From Camelus ferus (taxonomy: Eukaryota): a stretch of DNA of 64,000 nt. The notes beneath the pieces are model-generated. The model was not told where the DNA came from and searched no databases. It saw only the letters and a program-made list of their open reading frames with translations. Shown here piece after piece: positions 13,636 to 26,543 of this stretch. Numbering within the stretch: position 1 is the first letter of the stretch; every line of letters begins with the position of its first letter. The stretch is from contig NC_045697.1 in assembly GCF_009834535.1 (NCBI RefSeq), forward strand, positions 81,036,001 through 81,100,000, written 5' to 3'. The translations under genes were made by a program, and so were the position numbers.

Positions 13636-13904
13636 TTCTTCTTCCTCTTACCTTTCTAATCTTTCTATAATGCAAATTTGATTGTGTTATACTGTAAAAA
13701 TAAAACATCTCAGGTAGAATCTCCCTGACTATAGAATGGAAAACAAGTCTCTACCATGGCACAAAAAAGTTGAATGATCTTGCTATTTTATAACTTTTCC
13801 CCTCTCACCCTTAGTCACAGCTGATGGGCTTAAGTCCTAGTAGCTGCATTGGCACTAAACCACTTGGCTCAATTTCTACATAGTACAGCATCCTAGAAAT
13901 GGGC

Positions 13905-16071
13905 TCGGTTAGAAACTGACATTCGCTTGCCAAAAATTCATTTTCTTTTGTGTTGTAGCTCACCTTCCCAGCTGTAATCACTGTGTTGTCTCACTCCTAT
14001 ACTCTTTATATGCTTCAGTCTTCTGCCATAAAATGGGGCGATGTTTCTGAGTACTGGGTAGCAGAATTTACATAGACGTGATATGTACCATTTCCAGGCT
14101 TGGTCCTTAAAGCTTTATGTAATCCTCCATGCTCCCTTTCTCGTTGTCCGCAGGCCAGTTGTGGACAGTGCAATGGAAGGTGCTGAGCTTACAGGGTACA
14201 GGAGTTTAGATCCGAGAATGATTACAGGAGCCGTGTCCCCTCTCAGCCTACAATGGATTGTGATGTAAACAAGAATGAAGCTTTTCTGGTGGTGATAATT
14301 CATTGATATTTTATTGTTGATTCTAGTAACTTTTAGCCTACTAGACTAACACAAAAATGGTGGGGGGCTTGCTGCTGTAATAAAACCTAAAGTGTGTGTC
14401 AGAGGTTCAGAGGCTGAACAATGGGCTACAAAGGAGCCGATGTAACAGGATGACATTGAGATCCATTCTTTATCGTGATCAACTATTCTGTAAAAATGTA
14501 ACTTTTAATAAATAGCTAGAAAGGCAGACCTCAAGCCTGCCAATATTGTCTCTATGAAAAGTGGTTGGAAAACAGAACATCATTCATGAGTATCGGTTAC
14601 TATTCGGTGAGTCTGGCAGAGTATTGCAGGAAAGAGAAGGGGTTAGAAAATAGTTGGCCTATTTTTTAACAAAAAAAAAAAAAAAAAAAAAGAAAGGAAC
14701 AGGAGACTTTTGGAGGCCTTTCTAAGGTGGGAAAGCTGATTGTTTCTGAGCTCCAAATGGTGAGAGGCATAAAGGAGGCTTTGCGCCCTAAAAACCCAGT
14801 GAGACTTTTCAAGTGAAGTGGGTTACTCAGCCCTGTGGACAAATCACATTAAAGGCGTCCTCCCATTTAGCCTGTTGTTCCACTGGATGTCAAGTCAACG
14901 GAGCCCGCTGAGTGGAGAGATGGGGGCTGGGGGTGAGCAAGCACAGAAACAAACACGAAGTCAAGGACAGCACTTCGAGCGTAGCTACTGGCACGTGAAA
15001 GTCAAGTAAATCAGAAGCCTACTACTACACTTCCGAGTGACTTGTCAATGAAGCAGTGTCAATAAAAAAAAGAAAAAGCCTTTGAATGTTCACGCTATTA
15101 AACAAATTTCAGACCACCAGCTTACTCCAAGGGGAAAGGAGCTGTGAAAGCGGGGCGCCCCCAGAGGATGGCATTCTTCCCAGTGTGGGTGATGGAAAAG
15201 GATGAACCTTCTAAGAGTTTGAGTCAGGGGCCAAAAAGAAGAATGATCAATAAAGAGTTCCTCCCAGAAAGCAGAAACAGGGTCTAATTTGGGCATCTCT
15301 ACCAAGTGTTGGGACAAAAACCTATATCCTCCCAGGTTGACCCAACAGGATTTCAGAATCATTGCTCTCAAATGACTGTTCCTCTCATTCTTACCTTCTT
15401 TAAATGGGCATATTCACTGAAGTTATCCAGGATAACTGCAGGATATTGCAGGATAACTACAATTACATATATAAATTATTATATATAAAATATATAATTA
15501 AATATATAAATAAATTTGTTTTCTTAGTACATGTAGAATCACCAGAAATAACATTTGCACTTGAGGACTGCACATCTCCTGGAGGGTCTAGACTTTGAAG
15601 TAGAAGCAGTGACTGAATGAGACTTTGCCTGTCTCTTTTTGGGAAGGTGGCAAGGGTATTCTGTGTGTGAAGAGCAAAGGTATATTCAAAACACAGGGGT
15701 GTCAAAGACTGGCTAGTTGTTCATAGATATCTATTTTATTTGGCCAGTGGCTAGACATTACTTCTCAGCCTTTTCATAGGTGGGGTCATGTGACTACTTT
15801 CTGCTCAGTGGGATCGTGGGTGAAGGTGCTGTCCCCCACTTTCAGGCTGGCTCCTCACATAACTCTCTCTGCCTTTGTCTTCTGGTCCCTGCTGAGGATC
15901 AGGCAGAGCCTTAAGGTCCCAGGATGTGGCTTGAGTGACTGCATGCAGCAGTACCTCCTTGATAACCCTTATTATATGATGGCACAAGCAAGAAGCAAAC
16001 ATTTATTATGATAAGACACTGAGGTTTTGTTTTTTTTTTCCCATAGAAGTTAGCCTCCCTTGCCAAGTACA
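13905..16071 (+). mobile_element. MaLR provirus, MLT1J-like (LTR ~13905-14353, internal ~14354-15697, LTR ~15698-16071)
   Basis: 5' LTR ends 'tagcctactagactaacaca'; internal part starts '..gctgctgtaataaaacctaaa'; 3' LTR starts 'gtcaaagactggctagttgttca' and ends 'gttagcctcccttgccaagtaca'. Confidence 0.7.
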
Positions 16072-16074
16072 CTT

Positions 16075-16441
16075 GAATCCCAGAAGACAAAGCTGGAGTA
16101 GAGTTCTTAGCTTCCCTGGGAGTTAATCGTGGCCATATGACTGACTGAGTTGCAGCAAATGGAATATAAATACATGTACAGTGTGCCATTTCTGGGCCAG
16201 CAGTCATGACCCTCCAAGGTCCCTGTCTGTTGGGTGGATGCAAAAAGTAATCATGCCTTAGGAGACTGCAGAGTCTCTGAAGGTGAAGGAAGGAGACTGG
16301 ATTTCTGAATTAGTGCGTGGAGAAAAGCCACATGTCAACCGGGTGCATCCACTTTACATGAGTGAGACGTAAGCTTTTGTTTTACTTGTATACATCTCAA
16401 GTCTTTTTCTAATAGCACTTAGCATTTACACTAAGTAATAA
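16075..16441 (+). mobile_element. Additional MLT1 LTR (H/I/J group)
   Basis: 'gtggccatatgactgactgagttgcagcaaatggaatataa..gtgtgccatttctgggcc..atgagtgagacgtaagcttttg..ttagcatttacactaagtaata'. Confidence 0.65.
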
Positions 16442-16562
16442 AGAGGCCATATTCCTTTATATTTCCTTTGCTTGCATGTTACTTAGTCAGTTTGAGATGT
16501 CCTTCTCTGACTTTTTCCAACTGAAAGTTCTTATTCAGCCTTCAAAACTTTCCTCAGGTTCC

Positions 16563-17034
16563 ACTACTTTCTAAATTTTTCTTAATTCATGAGCAGTCTT
16601 CTATTCTCTTCTCCAGGATAATCGAGAATTTTATGTATCTCTATTATTGTCTTTACATTATTTAATTATAATAATTAAGTTGCTCATCAGATACATAAAA
16701 TAGATAAAAAACAAGGACCTACTGTATGCCACAAGGAACTATATTCAGTTTCTTGTAATAACATATAACATAATGGAAAATAATCTGAGAAAAAATAGGT
16801 GTATATATATGTATAACTGAATCGTTTTGCTGTACACCTGCAACTAACACTGTAAATCAACTACACTTCAATAAAAAACAAAATTAAATACTGTCTCAAA
16901 TCTCAACTACTTTCTAAATTTTTCTTAATTCTATGAGCAGTTATCTATTCTCTTCTCCAGGATACTTGAGAGTTTCATATATCTCCATTATTGTCTTTAC
17001 ATTATTCAATTATAATGATTAATTTGCACATCAG
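16563..17034 (+). repeat. Direct repeat of 128/129 bp (16563-16690 and 16906-17034) flanking a short L1
   Basis: Manual alignment gives 12 substitutions and 1 indel, about 90% identity. Confidence 0.95.
16691..16890 (+). mobile_element. Short L1 3'UTR fragment (artiodactyl type)
   Basis: 'ataaaatagataaaaaacaaggacctactgtatgccacaaggaactatattca..gtataactgaatc..ttgctgtacacctg..actacacttcaataaaaaa'; homologous to ~37600-37785. Confidence 0.9.
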
Positions 17035-19199
17035 CCTTTCTTTCTTGACACTGAAGTCACTGAGGGCAGGTGTTTGCTTTATGTCTCTCTGGTTCTGCCA
17101 CGCCTCACACAGGGTAGATATATGGTTTCAGAGTGAACAAAAACATTTGTCTGTATTGAGATGTATGTGTCATCTTATGTGGTCAAAGATACTGAAATGT
17201 TTTATGAGTATCGAATATACACTGAATATGTATCAAAGTAAAATAATAGAGTTTAATTGGAAACCTCATTAAAATAGGTTCAGCTTTGGAACAAACGGAA
17301 CAGATGATCTGTCTGTGTCAGTTTCAGTATATGGAAATCCTAATAATGCCATGACCCTGATGGAAGGGAACAGAGGATGCTATAATGGAGATTTTTCTTC
17401 CCACTCATCTCAGGTTAAGAAGGGATTTTAATTATTCCTACACTAAACGATAAATTATTCACAAACCGGCTGATCTGAGTGCTCTGTCTCCACTCCATCC
17501 GAGTAACGTTTCAGGCCTCCTCAGGCCTGTGCTGCGTCTGGGCTGTTCAAATGCTGTCCGTTTGGCCTTTTGCTGAGGTTTCTCACCACTTTTTTCAAGG
17601 TCTTTTATGACCGAATAGAAACTTTTATTTCATCAGATGAATTTCAAAAGAAAGCCATTTGGGAGAAAGATAATTATATTTGATTTCGGATCCAATATAA
17701 ACAAAGGAAAACAACCTACACACATTTGAGCGGTTCATGTGAGAGTCTTCTCCTTTGAATCTTACCTTAATAGTTAAAAAAAAAAAACCCTGCATATCAA
17801 GAATATGAATCAGATGTCCTTACACTGATTGGATTCTCAAAAAGTTTTATTTTTACTATAGCACACTGTATGAATACAGTGAAAAGGCCATGGATTTAGA
17901 AGAAAGAGCTCATTTGCTTTGGAGAGAAAATGCCTCAGAGAAAATGTTGTCCTCCAGGTTAATTCAGTTTATATTTCTGGATAATATGATAAGGACTGAT
18001 CACCAAAAGGTGAACAAGATGGACCAAAATGCCGTGAGCTCAACAATCAGGGCCTCTTATTTCACTGGTCTCATCTTTTTCTATACACACTCTCCTAATG
18101 CATGGAGTAAAGCTCTTATTAAGTGCTCTCTTCTAGAGTACTTTTAAGTGACAGCCTCAGATTTTCCATGTATGTGTGAAGATAAACAAGCGAACAGACA
18201 CCTGGCACTGTTTACACCAAGGTGCCTGTCTCCTTTGTACCTATGATTAACTTCTTACAAAATATAAATATTAAATTTCACATGGTATTTTGAAATGTCA
18301 CTATTTTAAGCAAAAATAAGCTTCAGGAGAGAGATTAGCTGAGTCATATACTTATTACAATAAAACAATAAAAATGCATGTAGAATTACAATTTCCCAGT
18401 GTATACTATTGCCTTGCTGAAACTGCAGAGTATATATGAGCAGCATTGAAGAGAAAATGGGTGTAGGGCTTAGTATTAAAGCCATCTGGTGCTCATGAAT
18501 AAAAGGTCTTTACTTTGTCTCTCCCCATTTTCATTTTAAAAGATTACCAAACAATTGGAAAGAGTGGATCACCCTTTGTTATTTTATGTTTGTTGCTTCC
18601 CTGCACCTTGTTGCTCTGGGCAAACGACACCATGATGCTCTATTGTTAAGGAGAACAGACAGCAATGGTGGAGCCACAAGGCTTTTATTATTACTATTTT
18701 GAAATGCAAAAATGGCTTTAAAAACTGATCGGACAAGAATAACAGTAATACTTACATTGAACACAAAAGCACACTATTCCTGGCTTAAAAGTGTCAATGT
18801 ACCAACTATCTAGGTTTTAAGTAATAGTCTCTATTCTTTATACCATGGAAAAGAGACCGTTTTTCTACTTGTAAGAAGAATGGCAAAGAGGCATTGTGAA
18901 TTCACTTAGGCAAGATAGGAATCCGGACAGGTAAATGTTGCTATGAAATTCCATAGCCTGATGCTCACATTCTCTTTTATGCCTTAATTATTTGTACTCA
19001 AGTTTCAGAGTATTTTAACTCATGATCTTTTCTATCGCAGTAGCTCAAGGCTCCCCGTTTTCCTGGCCGTCCCTTGTTGTTTCTATATAGACACCAGGAA
19101 CCACAGACTGAACAATTATTAAAGTCACCTCTTCAATCTCCACGTGCACCCCTACTGTCCCCCAAAACCTTGACCTACAACTTACCCATGTCCCACTAC

Positions 19200-19660
19200 C
19201 GTAGAGCACCTTTTGTTCAGGAACTCTAGCCACACCTCACAGTCTTCCTTCCCTTCTTACTCACTTTCCTTACCCCAGTCCGTCAGTCTGGGAGCTTTCC
19301 CTGTCTCCTGAGCACCTCTGAAATAAACCCCTTCGACCCCACTCCCAGTCAGAGGTTTTATGCCTGATCTTGTCTCACTTCTAGAACTGGTCTCCTAACT
19401 GCGCCGGCGATGTCTGGTCTCTCTCCTTTCTAATTTTATCTTTCTTTCTCTCAAACTTGTGTTTCTGAAACAAATCTGATCTACTTGAACAACTCTGTTT
19501 AGTCCTCACCGTGTGCATCACAGTGAAGATTTCTTAACATGGCTCCTGAGGTCCCCCATAAGGCGGCTCCACATCCCATCTTTTGCACGGCTCCCCACCA
19601 TCACCTTCCGTTCCAGCCACGCCGGATCACCCCCACTCCCAGGACATTCCCTCATCCACG
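19200..19660 (+). mobile_element. L2 fragment
   Basis: Pyrimidine-rich L2 3' region: 'ctggtctcctaactgc..tttctgaaacaaatctgatc..cttaacatggctcctgaggtccccca'. Confidence 0.6.
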
Positions 19661-19691
19661 TGCTGAGAATCCCCTTCTGAGGGGGAGAGCC

Positions 19692-19958
19692 TGGAGAGGC
19701 AGCAGGGCTCAGTGCCGAGGGCCGTGGATCTCGGGCTCAACTTAAACGGGCCTGAGTCTCTGCTCTGCAATTTGCTGCCCATGAGGCCTGACCAAGTTAC
19801 CTAAAATTACTAAGCCCAAGCCCCCAGTATCTCACCTATAAAAGAGGGCTAATAACGTATGCTCTTACGGCTGACATGAAGACTATACACACTTACTTGG
19901 ATAAAGTGCTGGGCACAGGGACTGGCAAGCAGCAAAGGCCCAGTGACTAGCAGCTACT
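19692..19958 (+). mobile_element. MIR SINE, near full length
   Basis: 'ggcagcagggctcagtg..gctctgcaatttgctg..caagttacctaa..tctcacctataaaagagggctaataa..taaagtgctgggcacagggactggca'. Confidence 0.75.
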
Positions 19959-21744
19959 GTTCCACGACTGCTGCTCCTGCTTGGACCGCAGTTCCCAGTC
20001 CTGCCACCGCAGCTGTCTTTGCCTTGAGTGGCTAATGCACTTTTTGAAATTCTCAGTGGCAGTTCTTTCTTTTTCCGAAAGTGTGCTTGATTATCAGAAG
20101 CAAATGAAAATATTTTTATTTAATTCTTTGAAAATGAGTGATTAAATTGTATAATAGTATCCCAGTCATCTGATTATAAAATAACATTCTAATACTCCAG
20201 TTTTGGTGATTAGCTTTGAAAACAATTTCAACGGAAGAGTCCAAAAGTGTTTGGAGAAATATTGGTGTCATGAAGTGGTCGTATGGTTAGGATGACCAGG
20301 TAATTAATTATCCAGTTGCTTTTCTGAATGCAAGTGGCATTACTCATAATTATGCTGAGACTAGAAGAATGAACAAGAATAGTGCCTGGCAAAGTGCCCC
20401 CCTCCCGACCCCAAGTTATCTTAGTTATTTTATCCTAAGTGAGATGCAAAGGCTTAGGTTGCAGAAAATTAAACTCCAAGCATCAAATATTATGTCAATG
20501 ACATTTAAACATCAAATAATATATTATTTAACATGAACACCCGCCACCCAAATCAGTCACTGTCTTTTGGATAAAGCTAAGTTTACCTTTGATAGGTTTT
20601 GTTATGTGTGTGACATATGTGAATAAAATCCATTAAAATGGTAATTTTCAGATATTTATTCATTGGGAATTTAACTTTGATGAGGAAGGAGAGTAGTTTG
20701 GATATATTTCCAAATGTGGTAAAGACAAAGTAGCTCAGATGTAAGTTACAATATGCCCAGCTGCCAATAAGCTTCTCTGGGCTAGTGAGACAATAGAGAC
20801 ATTTCAGAGTTTTCTTTAATATTTGCATGAAGACACCTGTCAAGTTAGAGGTGATATTGAGTGTTCTTTGAAAGAAATAAAATGACAGGTATGAAAATAC
20901 TAAATCAGCGTAGTATTGAAATGTTGTCATCACCACGGGGGAGAGCCCAAACATGACTGCTCTTTTCTCTTTGACATCTATTTCTTACGTCTTTCACAAC
21001 TTTTTCCAAGAAAAGTGACACAAAGATTATTTCTGCTGTTCGCTTAGCTGGCAGGCAGTAGTCTGGACTTCAACAGGGAAACAAAATGCAAGCAAAGTGC
21101 TTCAACTGCTAAAGAAACACATTTCTGAGAGTATTCACCTGCTGAGAATCTCACATGCATTTTAAGAAGTTGGGGTTGTAAATCTCCTAATTTTTAAGTT
21201 ATTATTTTCAGCTTTATTGCACGCTCATTAGGCGCTTTCTATGTGTAGAATACTTTGCTTCAGCACTGAGATTACAAAAGTTCGTAAAGCAGAGTTTCTT
21301 CTGGGAAGGTACTGGGCGGTGACCTCAGACGCTGGGCAGTAGAACCACACCTGCCCACCCATTAAGAACAGCTTCATAGAAGAAAGACCCTGCTTGTGTT
21401 GCCAGAGTTAAATAGATTCACTCAGCGTTTGTACCTGTAATTTTTTTTTTCTTACCTTTCCAAGTCCTAATCCTTGGCTCCTTTTTCTAGACTGTGATCC
21501 ACTTTATAACTTTGTCCTCACACCTGTATTTAGAGTAGCCTCATGAATCACACACTGTCTGAAAACCACCGTGTTTAGACTTGGTGTGCCCCATATTCCC
21601 TGGAATGCACTTAGACTCCACTTGGGGAGGTGGGGGTTGGCATTTCTAGAAATGCAACATTACTTGGAGCCACAGAATATCACAGAAATAAACTTGTCAG
21701 AGATATTTGCAAATACACATAAAATCTGAATAAATATGACAAAT

Positions 21745-22110
21745 TCCTTCAAAAACATTTATTGAGCATCTACAATGCATTCAGCATTAGTGAAGATGTT
21801 CCTGGATCGAGCAATCAGAAGAGCAATAATCTTACTGCTCTCAGGCTGCTGATACTCCATTCTGTGTGTGGAGCACAGACAGTGAATGGTATGTATCACG
21901 TAATATGTCAAATTGCAATATGTGTTCTGTAGAAAATCAATGTAGAACAAGGAGACTATGATATGACTGGGGGCCCTGTTTTTACAGGGAACACACAAAG
22001 GTCACTCTGATTAGGTGTTCTTTGTGCAGAGGGCATTTCCATTCGGGTGGTCAGGACAAAGCCTTGACCAGGTAGGTTCCGCACAGTCCTGGAGGAGAGT
22101 AAGGGATGAT
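21745..22110 (-). mobile_element. L2 3' fragment
   Basis: 'ttccttcaaaaacatttattgagcatctacaatg' followed by antisense L2 body. Confidence 0.75.
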
Positions 22111-22129
22111 CTCAAGCACAACGGTGAAA

Positions 22130-22362
22130 AGATCGGCTCATGTTTATCGAGTGCTTAGGACAGCTAGGTGTTTCTGTAAGGGCTTTATATCCAATAACTT
22201 TCTATGAGGAAGATACAAGTATTAGCCACCATTTATAGGCAGGAAAACTGAGCCAACAGAAAAGCCAAATCACTCGAATGACAACACAGAGGAAGGAGTG
22301 AAACTGGGATTTGTGACCCAAGGAGTCTGGCTCCTGGAATCTGGCTCTTAACCCTCATGTTA
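22130..22362 (-). mobile_element. MIR SINE
   Basis: 'tttatcgagtgctta..ccatttataggcaggaaaactgagcc..ctgggatttg..ggagtctggctcc..gctcttaacc'. Confidence 0.8.
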
Positions 22363-22886
22363 CGTGCGAGGAATCACTGCAATCAGTTCCATAATTTCCT
22401 AGTGCTAAGACTGCAGACATTAAATGTGCCCCTTCATAGGAACACCTTTGAGGATGATATATTCCAGTTCTGATGAAGGCACCAGCAAACATTACCCATT
22501 TTACAGTCCCCTGCCTTTTCCTTCCAAAAGTAAACTAGTGAAATATTTCCAATTTAGATTCATTAGGGAAGAAGATGAAAAAAGTTACTGAAAGTATTTA
22601 TTGTATAATTACTATATGCTGGGCAGCTGCATGACAAAGTCATTGTTCTCTCAAGGATTACAGTCCACTAAAAACAAAGCCAATTAAAAGTTACAAAACA
22701 ATGTGGTGTTTTGGTGAATTTTGTAGCAGGGCAGGCCCAGGTGCAATGGAAACACGGAGCAGAGGGCCTCTGACTCTGAGCCCAGGGAAGCAGCGCAGTT
22801 TAAGCTGAGACATGAGGACTACATGGACTATTAGATACATGCTCAGTACATCACTCACTGGTGGCTTTAAGGAGGTATACGTAGAT

Positions 22887-23088
22887 TGGGGTTAGCCAAA
22901 TTATGACTACAGGCCAAATCTGGCCCCTGACCTTTTTTGGTAAATAAAGTTATATTGGAAAATAACCACGGATCATTTGTGTACATATGGTTACCTTCTC
23001 AATACAGTGTTAGACCTTAATGGTTGTATGACCTGCAAAATAGAAAATATTTACTCTGGTCGTTTATAGAACAATTTGCCCACCCTTG
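22887..23088. mobile_element. MER58A-like hAT-Charlie MITE
   Basis: 'ggggttagccaaatta..caggccaaatctggccc..gtaaataaagttatattggaa..aaaatatttactctggtc..tttgcccacccttg' with degenerate terminal inverted repeats. Confidence 0.8.
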
Positions 23089-25769
23089 CTGCAGATGACC
23101 TACTTGATTTGCATTAAATTACTTACCATTAAAATGAATGTTTTTAAGGTGCATTTGTAAAGATTCGTCATTTGATTGAGTCACGTTTGGAATAATTTTA
23201 AATTGGTTTCTCAAAATAAAAATATTTGAAAAGAAGTTAAAAGGGCTGGAAACATTGGCCCAGCTTTTTACAAGGCAATTATGCACGTATTTGTGTGCCC
23301 CGCTTCAGATGAGGCACATGTCCTGCAATTCATCACAGTCCCTGTCACTCCTTATTTTTCTTACACCTGGCTTCCTTGCCATGCCTTTATATTATCTTCC
23401 TGGACTCTCTAGGAACTTGAGTTTTGATGCTTGGAAAGTGAATCTGAGACAAACTGTGTCTTTTTAAACAAAGATGGGTACAGACAATCAGTGGAAGTTC
23501 AAGGGTTAAAATACAGGCTATTGGCTGAGGTCTTGGCCCGTGAAAATGAAACTTCTTGTATATTTTAACAAAGTTGAACCCTCATCAGTTCTATTTTCTG
23601 TCTCAGAATTATAAAAACCAAGACTGGAGTTTCTTGTCAAGAACAAAGGACCCTTCATAGTTTAGTAGGAAGATGAGAGATATTTTACTGGACCTCAAAT
23701 GTCATGGAAATAGGAGAATATTATGCCAGTGAAAGAACAAGATAGAACGTATGCAGGGACCTATCTAGACCCAGTGTAATCTGAATAAAACGTGAATGAC
23801 TATTGCAGTTGTCGTGACTAGTATTTTGTTTGTAATTTTCAACACTGTCTATTATATTGTGTCCTCTATGTTTTCTTTTAGTTGTTTCAGAGAAAGAAGG
23901 GTAGAGAAGGGGCAAGAAGGTAGCATTTCTCTCTGTAATGGACCCAGAGAAAATGTCCAGCTGGGAGAAGGGTGGTTGCAGAGAAGAAGGAAGCAGCAGA
24001 GTGTGGGCGAATGAACGGGGTGTTTGAAGTCAGCACGGGGAGCTCATCACCCAGGAAGCTCTGCATGGTGTTCACAGGCAACAGTGAGAGTAAGATTTTG
24101 CTGATTTCATGCCTGAGCCGGGCTCCTTAGATTCTCTTTTGTGAAGGCAGAGAGGTCCAAGAGCGTGGGCTGAGAGTTAAATGGTCCCAGCTGTGAAGAT
24201 TATAGACCAGCAGGACATTGTGCTTATGTTTTGTGAAGCCAAATGCTTGGCATTTCAATTGTATCATCTGAAGTTTAGTGAAAAATTCAGTTCTTCCATC
24301 AAATATAACACAAGTTAATAGATAGTCTCTGAACTGTAGTTCCAAGTAGTAGATCAATAAACAAGTTGCCAGAATTTCTTTAGAGCCTGAAAGTATGAAT
24401 TAGTTTTTGTTTGTTTGGAAAATGTAAATAACAGCTAATTGGGGAGGGAAGGGACAAATAAAAGATCCAACTTATATTTTATTCAATTCAAACTGGGCCT
24501 GTGGGTATATTTTTCAGAACTGCTCTCTTCCTTCTGACCTAGCTGAAGTGTTAGTACAGATTTACCTGGGAGCTTTCCAAGAAGATAGTCACTTTTCTTC
24601 GTCAAAGAACGTTTAAGATGCTCCATGATTCTTCCTGATTTCCTGCCTTTTTGTTTCCTTCTCCTTTTGTTCTATCTTATCTTTTTTTTCTTACTCATGT
24701 CTTTGTTTAAAAAAGTAGACACTGTTAAAGGGGGTAATTTGGCAAATGAGTTGATAGAGCAAAAAGTTCTTGAAAAAAGAAAGCTTCTTTGTTTTTTTCT
24801 CATCTTGTCGTTTATGTTAGGTTGAACCTTAAGAAAGTATAGATACTGAATGCTTTTGACCTAACAGAAAAAGGGCAAATTCATAGGGTTCAACCTGTCC
24901 AAGTTTATCATGTGTCTCCTCTACCCAAGACATTTTCAATCACACCCCATTGCTGGCAATGTAAATTCAGTCTCCATAACCTGGGTATGCAAGAGGTTTC
25001 ACAATCTGGGCACAGCATTTTCTACCACAAATTCCCTAGTCCAGTCAAATCAGCCCAACTCAAGACCCATTTCTTTTAGAAGCCTTCATAGGTTGATATA
25101 GAAACCAATTACCTTCCCTTAACACATGGCCACGTGTGTACACACAGACTGTGGGGCACAATGTGTAATTAAACAAGAACTGAATTTTTGGTGTTGCAAT
25201 ACTCTGTAAAACGTTATTGTGATCCCAGAGTAAATTGAAAACTACTTATGAACAGAGCCTGTATTTTGAGCATTTTTCTATCTCTCTATCTATTCTAATA
25301 TCTTAGAACCCAGTAGGTATTTGGCTACTATTTAAAAAAAATGTAGATTTTTCAGTGACAGTTTGTTCAAGACTTTGAGAACTTTGCCCAAACTGTTACC
25401 CTCTGGGGAGTTGAAAAGTGTAGGAGCTATGATTTCTGAAGTTCCTCTCGCTAATTTATGCCTTTCTGTATAATTTAGTAGAAGATGATTTAAAGTTCCT
25501 GTCCTTGGTTAGGCTCTGGATTCCAGACTTAATATTTAGTTGCTTATGTTCAATGACCTGATTAAGTTCAATAAAACTGTGGTCGAAAGTGTGAGAAGCA
25601 AATACGTATTCGAGAGCATCTCAGTCCGCGTTCCAGCAAAAGAATCCCTTTGTGTGAAATGTACAAACTGTCTAGAAGAAGAAAGTTACACCACACCTCA
25701 CTCAAACCAAAAGCCCAGGGAAAAGAGGCTGTGTGGGAAAGGTAATTTTAGGTAACCCACTGAAGGATT

Positions 25770-26020
25770 TTTCTGCACGTGACAGCAGCTCTGCTACGAC
25801 AGGTGCGGGGCTGCCGCGCGGCGGCAGGGGCCGCTGTGGAGCGGCCAGAGGCCCCAGCGTGTGACTGGCAGGGGCTGTCTTTCGGCAGCTGGGAGCCCCA
25901 GGAGGCAGCAGCGGTGACCGCGTGGCTGGCAGGTAGATGGCCGTGCAGCTGGCAGGGGAGACTGTGAGGCAATAACCTGGCTGGGGCTGCTGTCAGCGAT
26001 TCAAACCAGGCATCGACCCT
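25770..26020. promoter_or_regulatory. Small GC/CpG-rich patch (candidate orphan CpG island or enhancer)
   Basis: 17 CpGs counted in ~240 bp against a CpG-poor background; E-boxes CACGTG, CAGGTG and two CAGCTG; TGACAG/CTGTCA motifs. Confidence 0.5.
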
Positions 26021-26506
26021 GCTTAGAGTTCTCTGAGAAACCAAGAGTTGACACCACCTGATTCTAAAAATAGCCAGCCAGACCACATGAACTGGCAAAG
26101 TCCAAATTTCATGTCTGTGTAGAATGACCTTCTTCCCCATGAATACGCGTGACTGGCTCTTTTGTTGGTACCTGTTTTCTTCAAAGGAAATGCCAAGCAA
26201 CAGCAGCGTGAAGATGTTTTGCATCAGTTGAGAGACTCTTCAATTCATCCCTGTAAATGCCTAATTAAATGTTAAGTCTTGACCAGAAATAAGTTAGGGA
26301 AGCATCGGTTCTTTTAACCAAGGTTTAGAACAGCAATGCTCCAAGGTAACTTTCAGTTTTATAAAAACATGTTGTAATCTAATATTAAAGAAAGGTCACC
26401 TTTGCTGGCAATCCATATTTGTGCTTTGCAATTGTTTTAATCCGAAGTACATCCAAATGAAAGAGCATTAGGACAGCCAAGGTTAGAACTGGGCTGCTCT
26501 GGAGAA

Positions 26507-26510
<4 letters not shown>

Positions 26511-26540
<30 letters not shown>
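26511..26540. repeat. (CA)15 microsatellite
   Basis: Read directly from the sequence. Confidence 0.97.

Positions 26541-26543
<3 letters not shown>

Noticed and set aside
15465..15515. AT-only stretch inside the MaLR internal region
   Set aside because: Low-complexity (TA)n decay
18478..18496. Weaker CTCF-like matches (also ~57428-57445)
   Set aside because: Mismatches at core positions; equally explained as E-boxes or chance
25748..26224. 158-aa minus-strand ORF with a short hydrophobic N-terminus
   Set aside because: Stays open largely because the GC-rich patch lacks stop codons; weak Kozak context and no homology I recognise
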